Shown: piece after piece, positions 1 to 7,871 of the stretch
Position numbering within the stretch: position 1 is the first letter of the stretch
Layout: every line of letters starts with the position of its first letter
NCBI GenBank assembly: GCA_044223005.1
Contig: JBGAML010000011.1
Coordinates: 9,169-73,168 of the forward strand
Reading direction: 5' to 3'
Origin: Candidatus Eiseniibacteriota bacterium
GTDB taxonomy: Bacteria > Eisenbacteria > RBG-16-71-46
DNA length: 64,000 bases
Position numbers and translations under genes: made by a program
Notes under the pieces: model-generated
What the model was told of the DNA's origin: nothing
Databases searched by the model: none
Seen by the model: only the letters and a program-made list of their open reading frames with translations

Positions 1-26
1 CCCGGTTCGCGACGTCGCGAACCGGG
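1..26. repeat. Perfect 26-bp palindrome; possible terminator of an upstream gene or an operator
   Basis: CCCGGTTCGCGAC|GTCGCGAACCGGG is its own reverse complement; a T-run follows at 35-38. Confidence 0.7.
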
Positions 27-36
27 CCTCGTGCTT

Positions 37-65
37 TTGACGCTCCCGAACCGCCCCCGTATGCT
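37..65 (+). promoter_or_regulatory. Sigma70-type promoter of the rib operon
   Basis: TTGACG (37-42), 17 nt, TATGCT (60-65), about 11 nt before the riboswitch P1. Confidence 0.8.
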
Positions 66-76
66 CCGGGCTCGTA

Positions 77-205
77 CTCCTTCGGGGCGGGGCGGAAGTC
101 CCCACCGGCGGTACAGCCCGCGAGCGCGCACGGACCCTCGGGCCCGTGCGGGCAGACCCGGTGAGATTCCGGGGCCGACCGTCACAGTCGGGATGGGAGA
201 AGGAG
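77..205 (+). ncRNA. FMN riboswitch (RFN element)
   Basis: P1 CTCCTTC...GAAGGAG; conserved blocks GGGGCGGGGCGGAAGTCCCCACCGGCGGT, GCCCGCGAG, GACCCGGTGAGATTCCGGGGCCGACCGT, AGTCGGGATGGGAGAAG; directly upstream of ribD. Confidence 0.95.
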
Positions 206-288
206 CGGAAGCGCGTGTCCGGGCCCGTGCGGGACGTCGTGTCCCCGTGCACGGGGCTCGTGCGCGTGCGTCCCTCCACGACCTTTCC

Positions 289-320
289 AGCCCCGCGGCA
301 TCGCCGCGGGGCTTTGCGTT
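289..320 (+). terminator. Riboswitch expression-platform terminator hairpin
   Basis: AGCCCCGCGGC-ATC-GCCGCGGGGCT 11-bp stem followed by TTGCGTT, between the aptamer and the ribD start. Confidence 0.65.
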
Positions 321-334
321 GCGAGGCGGCACCC

Positions 335-1432
335 ATGGCGTTCGACGCCGACGACCGGAAGCACATGACGCGCGCGCTGCGGCTCGCCGAGCGCGGCCGC
401 GGCCACACCGCGCCGAACCCGGTGGTCGGTGCGGTGATCGTGCGTGGCGGTCGCGTGGTGGGTGAAGGCTGGCATCGCGCCGTCGGCGGTCCGCACGCCG
501 AGATCGAGGCGCTTCGCCGCGCGGGCGCCCGCGCGCGCGGCGGCACGCTGTACGTGACGCTCGAACCCTGCGCGCACCACGGCCGCACGCCGCCCTGCAC
601 CGAGGCGATCCTCGCCGCGGGCATCGGGCGCTGCGTCGTCGCCGTGCGCGACCCGCACGAGATCGTGAACGGCCGCGGGCTGCGCCGGCTGCGCGCCGGC
701 GGCGTGCGCGTCGAGCTCGGCCTGTGCGCCGATGCGGCGCGCGATCTGCTCGGCGGCTATGCGCTCGCGCACGCCACGGGCCGGCCGCGCGTGACGTGGA
801 AGGTGGGCGCGACGTTGGACGGACGCATCGCGGACGCGAAGGGGCACTCGCGCTGGATCACGGGCGCCGAGGCGCGCCGGCGCGCACACGCGATGCGCGC
901 CGCGAGCGATGCGATCGTGGTCGGCGCGGGCACCGTGCGCGCGGACGATCCGCGGCTCGACGCGCGCGGGATCCGCGGCGCGCACCAGCCGCTGCGCGTG
1001 GTCTGCGACACGCACCTTTCGCTGCCGCTCGCGCGCCGCGTCTTCTCGCGGCCGCTCGCGGCGGGCACGGTGGTCGCGTGCGGCGCGAACGCGCCCGCGG
1101 CGCGCGAGCGCGCGCTCGCGGCCCGCGGCGTCGGCATCTGGCGGCTGCCGCTCGTGCGCGGCCGCGTCTCGCTGCCCGCGCTGGCGCGCCGGCTCGCCCG
1201 CGAGGGGCGGCACGAGGTGATGCTCGAGGGCGGCGCCACGCTCGGCGCCGCGTGGTTGCGCGCCGGGCTCGTGCACCGGCTCGCGGTGTTCGTGGCTCCC
1301 GCCGTGCTCGGCGAGGGGCTGTCGTGGTGCGCGCCGCCCGGTTGGCCGCTGGCGCGCGCACCGCGCGGCCGGCTGAGCCGCATCGAGCGGTTCGGTTCGG
1401 ACGCGCTGCTCTGGGTGGACCTGGAGGACTGA
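335..1432 (+). CDS. ribD: Bifunctional diaminohydroxyphosphoribosylaminopyrimidine deaminase / reductase RibD
   Basis: PNPVVGAVIV, HAE, TLEPCAHHGRTPPC zinc-deaminase motifs; LDGRIA, SRWITG, EGGATL reductase motifs; ATG at 335. Confidence 0.96.
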   Translation: MAFDADDRKHMTRALRLAERGRGHTAPNPVVGAVIVRGGRVVGEGWHRAVGGPHAEIEALRRAGARARGGTLYVTLEPCAHHGRTPPCTEAILAAGIGRCVVAVRDPHEIVNGRGLRRLRAGGVRVELGLCADAARDLLGGYALAHATGRPRVTWKVGATLDGRIADAKGHSRWITGAEARRRAHAMRAASDAIVVGAGTVRADDPRLDARGIRGAHQPLRVVCDTHLSLPLARRVFSRPLAAGTVVACGANAPAARERALAARGVGIWRLPLVRGRVSLPALARRLAREGRHEVMLEGGATLGAAWLRAGLVHRLAVFVAPAVLGEGLSWCAPPGWPLARAPRGRLSRIERFGSDALLWVDLED

Positions 1433-1438
1433 GGGACG

Positions 1439-2053
1439 ATGTTCACGGGAATCGTCGAGGAACTGGGCCGCGTCGCCGCCGTGGAGCCGCGGCCGGAGGG
1501 ACGCCGCTTCTGGATCGAGGCGCCGCAGGTCGCCGCCGACGCCGGGATCGGCGACAGCATCGCGTGCTGTGGTTGCTGCCTCACCGTGGTCGCGCGCGAA
1601 GCATCGCGGTTCGCCGTCGAGGCCGTGCCGGAGACGCTGCGGCTGACGACGCTCGGCGAGTGGGCGGTGGGCGATCCGGTCAACCTCGAGCGCTCGCTGC
1701 GGCTCGAGCAGCGGCTCGGCGGGCACCTCGTGTCCGGGCACGTCGACGGCACCGGCATGGTGACCGCGGTGCGGCCCGAAGGCGACGGCCGGCGCGTGAC
1801 GCTCGCGCTGCCCGCGTCACTGCGACGCTTCGTTCCCTACAAAGGTTCGCTGGCGGTGGACGGCGTCAGCCTGACGGTGGCCGGCCTGTCGGACGACGGC
1901 TGCGAGATCGCGTACATTCCCCACACCCTCGCCGTCACCACCGCCGGGCGCTACGAGCCCGGGCGGAAGGTGAATCTCGAGGTGGACCTGCTCGCGCGCT
2001 ACCTGGCGCGCCTGCTGGAGGAGTCGGGGACGACGGGGAGGGTTTCCGGATGA
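1439..2053 (+). CDS. ribE: Riboflavin synthase (alpha chain)
   Basis: MFTGIVEE N-terminus, VNLERSL, GGHLVSGHVDG, KGSLAVDGVSLTV, VNLEVD. Confidence 0.96.
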   Translation: MFTGIVEELGRVAAVEPRPEGRRFWIEAPQVAADAGIGDSIACCGCCLTVVAREASRFAVEAVPETLRLTTLGEWAVGDPVNLERSLRLEQRLGGHLVSGHVDGTGMVTAVRPEGDGRRVTLALPASLRRFVPYKGSLAVDGVSLTVAGLSDDGCEIAYIPHTLAVTTAGRYEPGRKVNLEVDLLARYLARLLEESGTTGRVSG

Positions 2054-3312
2054 CGGCGGCGAAACAGGGACGCCGGAAGGGCACGACGCGCTCGCGTGGG
2101 GTGTTCCTCACGGTCGAGGACGCCGTGAAGCAGATCCGCGCCGGGCGCATGATCATCGTGGTCGACGACGCCGATCGCGAGAACGAGGGCGACGTCGTGT
2201 TCGCGGCCGAGAAGGCGACGCCCGCGATGGTCAACTTCGCGGTGACGCACGGCCGCGGCCTGCTGTGCGCGCCGATGGACCATGCGGAGGCCGAGCGGCT
2301 CGGGCTGACGCTCATGGTCGAGCGCAACACCGCGCGCTTCGGCACGCCGTTCACGGAGACCGTCGACGCGCGCCACGGCACGACCACCGGCACCTCGGTG
2401 CAGGACCGCACGCGCACGCTGCGCGTGCTGGCCGACCCGAAGACGAAGCCCAACGACCTCGACCGGCCCGGGCACGTGTTCCCGCTGCGCGCGGTGCCCG
2501 GCGGCGTGCTGCGCCGCGCCGGCCACAGCGAGGCCGTGCCGGATCTCTGCCGGCTCGCCGGCCTGCGCCCGGTCGGCGCACTGTGCGAGATCCTGCGCCC
2601 CGACGGCCGCATGATGCGGCTGCCCGAGCTGCAGGTGTTCGCGCGCGAGCACGGGCTCGGCATCCTCACGATCGCCGACCTGATCGCGTACCGGCGCCGG
2701 CACGAGCATCTCGTGCGCAAGCTGCTCACGGTGCCCATGCCCACCGCCGAGGGCGAGTTCCAGCTCCACCTCTACGAGAGCGTGCTCGAGGGCGACCACC
2801 ACGTCGCGCTGGTGAAGGGCAAGCTCGGCGGGCGCTCGTCCGCGCTGGTGCGCGTGCACTCGCAGTGCCTCACCGGGGACGTCTTCGGCTCGCAGCGCTG
2901 CGATTGCGGGCCGCAGCTGCACGCCGCCCTGCGCGCCATCGCGAAGCGTGGAACCGGCGTCCTGCTCTATCTTCGCCAGGAGGGGCGTGGCATCGGCCTC
3001 GCCAACAAGCTCAAGGCGTACGCTCTGCAGGACCGCGGGCTCGACACGGTCGAGGCGAACCTGAAACTCGGGTTCCCCGCGGATCTTCGCGACTACGGGA
3101 TCGGGGCGCAGATCCTCGTGGACCTCGGGTTGCGCCAGCTGGACCTGTTGACGAACAACCCGCGGAAGATCGTCGGCCTCGAGGCCTACGGTCTGCGGAT
3201 CCGCCGGCGTGTGCCGCTGCAGGTGAAGCCGAACCGTTTCAACCGGCGCTACCTGTCCACCAAGCGGGACAAGCTGGGTCACCTGCTGGATCTGGAAATG
3301 GGGGAGACATGA
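2050..3312 (+). CDS. ribBA: Bifunctional 3,4-dihydroxy-2-butanone-4-phosphate synthase / GTP cyclohydrolase II
   Basis: DRENEGD, RPGHVFPL, RAGHSEA; VRVHSQCLTGDVFGSQRCDCG, RQEGRGIGL, LTNNPRK; ATGA overlap with ribE. Confidence 0.96.
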   Translation: MTAAKQGRRKGTTRSRGVFLTVEDAVKQIRAGRMIIVVDDADRENEGDVVFAAEKATPAMVNFAVTHGRGLLCAPMDHAEAERLGLTLMVERNTARFGTPFTETVDARHGTTTGTSVQDRTRTLRVLADPKTKPNDLDRPGHVFPLRAVPGGVLRRAGHSEAVPDLCRLAGLRPVGALCEILRPDGRMMRLPELQVFAREHGLGILTIADLIAYRRRHEHLVRKLLTVPMPTAEGEFQLHLYESVLEGDHHVALVKGKLGGRSSALVRVHSQCLTGDVFGSQRCDCGPQLHAALRAIAKRGTGVLLYLRQEGRGIGLANKLKAYALQDRGLDTVEANLKLGFPADLRDYGIGAQILVDLGLRQLDLLTNNPRKIVGLEAYGLRIRRRVPLQVKPNRFNRRYLSTKRDKLGHLLDLEMGET

Positions 3313-3779
3313 GCGTCAAGGAAGTTCGTCCGAGCGACGACGCCCGGGGCCTTCGGTTCGCGATCGTCGCATCCCTGTGGAACGAGACCATCGTCCGCAA
3401 GCTGGTGGACGGCGCGATCGAGACGCTGCAGGCGCGCGGCGTGGGCGCCAACGACATCGACGTGCGCTGGGTCCCCGGTGCGTTCGAGCTCCCGCTCGCG
3501 GCGCGCTGGCACACGGACGCGGCGCACGCGGTGATCGCGCTCGGCTGTGTGATCCGCGGCGAGACCGATCACTTCCGGCTCGTGGCCGACGCCGCGTCGC
3601 AGGGCCTGCAGCGCGTCGCGCTGGACGCGGGACGCCCGGTGATCAACGGCGTGCTCGCGGTCGAGAACGTGGCGCAGGCCGAGGCGCGTTCGGGCGGCTC
3701 GCACGGCAACGTGGGCTCGCAGTGCGCGCTGTCGGCGATCCGCATGGCGAACCTGGCGCGCGGGAACTCGGCGGCGTGA
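3309..3779 (+). CDS. ribH: 6,7-dimethyl-8-ribityllumazine synthase
   Basis: VPGAFELP, ALGCVIRGETDHF, PVINGVL; ATGA overlap. Confidence 0.95.
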   Translation: MSVKEVRPSDDARGLRFAIVASLWNETIVRKLVDGAIETLQARGVGANDIDVRWVPGAFELPLAARWHTDAAHAVIALGCVIRGETDHFRLVADAASQGLQRVALDAGRPVINGVLAVENVAQAEARSGGSHGNVGSQCALSAIRMANLARGNSAA

Positions 3780-4207
3780 GCGGTCCGGCGACGGGCATGC
3801 GGCGCCGTGCGCGCGAGGTGGCGTTCCGCGTGGCCTACCAGGCGGACGTCGCCGGCGATGCCTACGGGTTCGCGTGGTCCCTGCGCCGGGAGGAAGAGAC
3901 GCTGTCGGAGGACCAGGTGGAGTTGATCGAGGACCTCGTGCGCGCGCTGGAGTCGCGCGGGGCCGAGATCGACGAGACGCTGCGGGCGGCCGCCGAGCAC
4001 TGGCCGCTGCAGCGTCTCGCCGCCACCGACCGCGCGGTGCTGCGCGTGGCCGTCGCGGAGATGCTCGCGCGGCCGGGCTCGCCGGCCCGCGTGGTGCTGG
4101 ACGAGGCGATCGAGATCGCGCGCCGCTACGGCAGCGCCGAGTCCGGACGCTTCGTGAACGGTGTGCTGGATCGGGCGGCGCGCGGGCTGCGCCCGGCGGA
4201 GTTCTGA
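3776..4207 (+). CDS. nusB: Transcription antitermination factor NusB
   Basis: RRRARE, WPLQRL..TDRAVLR, VVLDEAIEIARRYG..ESGRFVNGVLD; follows ribH as usual. GTG 3776 or ATG 3797 start. Confidence 0.95.
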   Translation: MSGPATGMRRRAREVAFRVAYQADVAGDAYGFAWSLRREEETLSEDQVELIEDLVRALESRGAEIDETLRAAAEHWPLQRLAATDRAVLRVAVAEMLARPGSPARVVLDEAIEIARRYGSAESGRFVNGVLDRAARGLRPAEF

Positions 4208-4932
4208 TGCGGGTCGCGATCCTCTCGGACGTGCACGGCAATCTCGAGGCGCTCGAGACCGTGCTCGCGCACGCCGACGCTGCGAAGCCCGATGCGATGG
4301 TGTGCCTCGGGGACTTCGTCGGCTACGGCGCCGCACCCAACGAATGCATCGCGCGGCTGCGGCCGCGCATCGAGGTCGCGGTCGCCGGCAACCACGATCT
4401 CGCCGCCTGCGGGCGGATCAAGCTCGGCTACTTCAACCAGGACGCCGCGCGCGCGGCGCGCTGGACCACCGAGATCCTCACGCCCGAGCACGTCGAATAC
4501 CTGCGCGAGCTGCCGTTCTCGGTGCACTGGCGGGGCGTGCGCCTCGTGCACTCGACGCCGACCGAGCCGCAGGAGTGGCACTACGTGCTCTCGCCCGGCG
4601 ACGCCGCCTTCGAGATGGAGTCGTGCGCCGAAGACATCTGCTTCATCGGGCACTCGCACTACCCCGGGACGTTCGAACTCGAGGGCTCGTCGGTGAGATA
4701 CTCACGTGATCCGGTGGTCGAGGGCCGCGCCGGCCGGCGCTACCTCGTCAACGTGCCCAGCGTGGGGCAGCCGCGCGACGGCGATCCCCGGGCCGGGTAC
4801 CTGCTGTACGACGACGCGCCGTTGCGGTTCGAGCACGTGCGCCTCGAATACGACATCGCCGGCGCCATGGCGCGAATCCGCGCCGCCGGCCTGCCGCCGT
4901 TCCTCGCGGAACGGCTGCAGTGGGGCGAGTGA
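4207..4932 (+). CDS. Metallophosphoesterase (calcineurin-like, YfcE/MJ0936 type)
   Basis: SDVHGN, LGDFVGYG, GNHD, GHSH, SVGQPRDGDPRA motifs. Confidence 0.9.
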   Translation: MRVAILSDVHGNLEALETVLAHADAAKPDAMVCLGDFVGYGAAPNECIARLRPRIEVAVAGNHDLAACGRIKLGYFNQDAARAARWTTEILTPEHVEYLRELPFSVHWRGVRLVHSTPTEPQEWHYVLSPGDAAFEMESCAEDICFIGHSHYPGTFELEGSSVRYSRDPVVEGRAGRRYLVNVPSVGQPRDGDPRAGYLLYDDAPLRFEHVRLEYDIAGAMARIRAAGLPPFLAERLQWGE

Positions 4933-4949
4933 ACCTCGGGAGGCCACGC

Positions 4950-5726
4950 GTGGCGCGTGCATCGACGCTGGAACACTGGGAGTCCTACTGGAAGGGCCAC
5001 CAGTCCGACATCGACGACACCTACTCGACCAACGGCCGCCTCGTGCGCGAGGTGCTCGCCGACGGGCCGATCGAGGGGCGCTGGGTGATGGAGATCGGCG
5101 CCGGCTCCGGCCGCGACCTGATCGAGCTCGCCCGCCGCGGCGCAAAGGGCATCGTGCTCGACTACTCGCCGGCCTCGCTCGCGCTGGTCAAGGCGCAGGC
5201 CGAGGCGCAGGGCGTGCCGGTGCTGCTCGTGCAGGCGGACGCGACGCGCATGCCGTTCCGCGACGGCGCGATCGACGTGTCGTTCCACCAGGGCCTGCTC
5301 GAGCACTTCCGCGACCCGATGCCGCTGCTGCGCGAGAACGCGCGCGTCACCGCGAAGACCGGCCGGTTCCTGGTCGACGTGCCGCAGACCTTCCATCTGT
5401 ACACCGTGATGAAGAACGTCCTGATCCTCTTCAACGCGTGGTTCGCGGGGTGGGAGACGCAGTTCTCGCCCGCGCAACTCGAAGGTCTCTGTCGCGACGC
5501 CGGCCTCGAGGTCGTGCGCACGTACGGCGACTGGATGGTGCCCGGGCTGTGGTACCGGGTGCTGCGCGAGAGCTTGAAGCGCGGGCTGGGTATCCGCCTG
5601 CCGCTGCACCCGAAGGGACCGGCGTGGTGGTCGAACGTGTGGGACGCCTGGCGCGCGTCGCTGCGGAACCAGCGCTGGGCGTTGTGGACCTGCCACGTGA
5701 TCGGAACGGTGGCGCGGCCGCGATGA
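4950..5726 (+). CDS. Class I SAM-dependent methyltransferase
   Basis: MEIGAGSG motif I, LDYS, QADA..MPF, GLLEHF; GTG start after GGGAGG (alternative GTG 4929). Confidence 0.88.
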   Translation: MARASTLEHWESYWKGHQSDIDDTYSTNGRLVREVLADGPIEGRWVMEIGAGSGRDLIELARRGAKGIVLDYSPASLALVKAQAEAQGVPVLLVQADATRMPFRDGAIDVSFHQGLLEHFRDPMPLLRENARVTAKTGRFLVDVPQTFHLYTVMKNVLILFNAWFAGWETQFSPAQLEGLCRDAGLEVVRTYGDWMVPGLWYRVLRESLKRGLGIRLPLHPKGPAWWSNVWDAWRASLRNQRWALWTCHVIGTVARPR

Positions 5727-6853
5727 CCGCTCCGCGCCACCTGCTCGCCGTCAACTTCCGCGACCCCGCGCATCCGGAGGCGGGCGGCGCGGAACTCCAC
5801 CTCGAGAAGATCCTGCTCGAGGCCGTGCGGCGCGGGGTGCGGGTGACGTGGCTCGCCAGCGGATTTCCGGGTGGCGCACCCGAGGCGGAGCATCGCGGCA
5901 TCCGCGTGGTGCGGCGGGGCAACTGGTGGAACTTCAACCTCGTGGTCCCGGGCCTGCTGCGCGGCGAGTTCGGCGGCGCGGACGCGCCGGACTTCGTGGT
6001 CGAGGACATCAACAAGGTGCCGTGCTTCGTCGCGCAGCACACGCGCGCCGAGGTCGCGGTGATCGTGCCGCACCTCTTCGGCACCGCCGCGTTCCAGGAG
6101 GCGAATCCCGTGGTCGCGAGCTACGTCGTGGGCCTCGAGTGGATGATCCCGTCCGCCTACCGGGACAAGCGCTTCCTCGCGATCTCCGAGAGCACGCGCG
6201 ACGACCTCGTCCAGCGCGGCGTGCCGGCGGGGAAGATCGCGGTCGTACACTGCGGCCTCGATCACGACCGCTACCGGCACGATCCGGCGGTGGCGAAGAC
6301 CGCGTCCCCCACGCTGCTCTTCGTGGGCCGGCTGCGGCGCTACAAGGGGCTCGACTGGGTGCTGCGCACGCTGCCCCGCGTGCTCGAGCAGGTGCCCGGC
6401 CTCGTGCTCGAGATCGTCGGCGACGGCCCGTGGCAGGCCGCGCTCGTGCAGCAGGCGGCCGCGCGCGGCATCACGGGCTCGGTGCGCTTCCGCGGCTTCC
6501 TGCCGTTCGCGGAGAAGGTGAAGCTCATGCAGTCGGCGTGGGCGGTGGTGCAGCCGAGCCCCAAGGAAGGGTGGGGGCTCACCGTGGTCGAAGCGGGCGC
6601 GTGCGGCACGGCGGTGATCGCCGCCGACAGCCCGGGCCTGCGCGACTCGGTCCGCCGCGACGAGACCGGGCTCGTGGTGCCGTTCGACGACGACGCCGCG
6701 CTCGCGGCGGCGATCGTGCGGCTCGCCCGCGACACGGCGCTGCGCGACCGGCTCGCGACGGGCGGGCTCGCTTGGGCGGCGCGCTTCGAGTGGGACGACT
6801 GCGCGCGGCGTTCGCTCGACGCGCTCACCGGGGAGGCCGGCCGTGGCCGGTGA
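5723..6853 (+). CDS. Glycosyltransferase family 4
   Basis: GGAE N-terminal motif, VGRLRRYKG, EGWGLTVVEAGACG, GLRDSV. Confidence 0.9.
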   Translation: MTAPRHLLAVNFRDPAHPEAGGAELHLEKILLEAVRRGVRVTWLASGFPGGAPEAEHRGIRVVRRGNWWNFNLVVPGLLRGEFGGADAPDFVVEDINKVPCFVAQHTRAEVAVIVPHLFGTAAFQEANPVVASYVVGLEWMIPSAYRDKRFLAISESTRDDLVQRGVPAGKIAVVHCGLDHDRYRHDPAVAKTASPTLLFVGRLRRYKGLDWVLRTLPRVLEQVPGLVLEIVGDGPWQAALVQQAAARGITGSVRFRGFLPFAEKVKLMQSAWAVVQPSPKEGWGLTVVEAGACGTAVIAADSPGLRDSVRRDETGLVVPFDDDAALAAAIVRLARDTALRDRLATGGLAWAARFEWDDCARRSLDALTGEAGRGR

Positions 6854-7871
6854 CGCGAGCGGACGCCCGTCGCCGCGCGCGGCGCTCCTGTTGGCCGCGA
6901 AGATCGCGTTCTCGATCGCGCTCTTCGTGCTGCTCTTCCGCCGCCGGCTCGACTGGGCGGACGTCCGCGCGGCGATCGAGCAGGCGCATCCCGGTGGCCT
7001 CGCCGCCGCGTTCGCGCTGATGCTCTCGAGCAACCTGCTCGGTTCGTTCCAGTGGAACCGGCTGCTGCGCGCGGCCGGCATCCGGATCCCGTTCTGGAAG
7101 GTGTGCAGCTACTACCACGTGGGTCTTTTCTTCAACAACTTCCTGCCCGCGAACGTGGGCGGCGACTTCGCGCGCGTCCTGGACGCCTCGCGCAGCGGCG
7201 CGACCACGCGCGCCACGGCGTTCTCGACCGTGCTCATGGATCGCATGATCGGCACCGTGGCGCTGGGCGGACTCGCGGTGCTCACGACCCTGCCCGCGAT
7301 CGGGGAGTTGAACCTCTCGACCGCCTGGCTCGTTACGTTCTACGGCGGCGTCGCGGTGTTCTTCGGCCTCGCCGTGCTGATGCTGTGGGCGGTCTTCCAC
7401 CCGCGCGTGCTGGCCACGATCGAGCGGCTGCTGGAGCGCGTGGGGCTGGGGCGGCTCAAGCCGGCCCTGGACGATCTCTCCGAACGGCTCGCCGGATATC
7501 GCGGCAGGCCGAAATTGTTCATGGAATTGTTCGCCATCGCGGCGGCCGTGCAGGTCATGCGCATCGGCGTGCACGTGCTGGTGGCGCGGGCGCTGGGCCT
7601 GCGGGTCCCGCTGCCCTACTTCTTCCTTTTCGTGCCGCTGCTGGCGGTGATAGTGTCTTTGCCCATCTCGTTGAATGGCATCGGTGTGCGTGAGGGCGCC
7701 GGGGTCGTGTTGTTCGGCCTCGTCGGCGTCCCCAAGAGCATGGCCTTCACCCTGCAGTTCACCACCTACCTCGTCGCCCTGGCCGTGAGCCTGATCGGCG
7801 GCGTCGTCTTCCTCGTGCGCATCCCCCATCGGCGCGCGGAGGGCCGGGCGGCCCGGAGGCCCGAAGCATGA
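6843..7871 (+). CDS. UPF0104 / lysylphosphatidylglycerol-synthase TM-domain flippase-like membrane protein
   Basis: Multi-TM; GLFFNNFLPANVGGD, DRMIG, LPISLNGIGVREG family motifs. Confidence 0.85.
   Translation: MAGDASGRPSPRAALLLAAKIAFSIALFVLLFRRRLDWADVRAAIEQAHPGGLAAAFALMLSSNLLGSFQWNRLLRAAGIRIPFWKVCSYYHVGLFFNNFLPANVGGDFARVLDASRSGATTRATAFSTVLMDRMIGTVALGGLAVLTTLPAIGELNLSTAWLVTFYGGVAVFFGLAVLMLWAVFHPRVLATIERLLERVGLGRLKPALDDLSERLAGYRGRPKLFMELFAIAAAVQVMRIGVHVLVARALGLRVPLPYFFLFVPLLAVIVSLPISLNGIGVREGAGVVLFGLVGVPKSMAFTLQFTTYLVALAVSLIGGVVFLVRIPHRRAEGRAARRPEA

Noticed and set aside
3700..3720. RibH has GNVG in place of the usual GNKG
   Set aside because: Single substitution; other catalytic motifs and the operon context are intact, so there is no evidence of changed function
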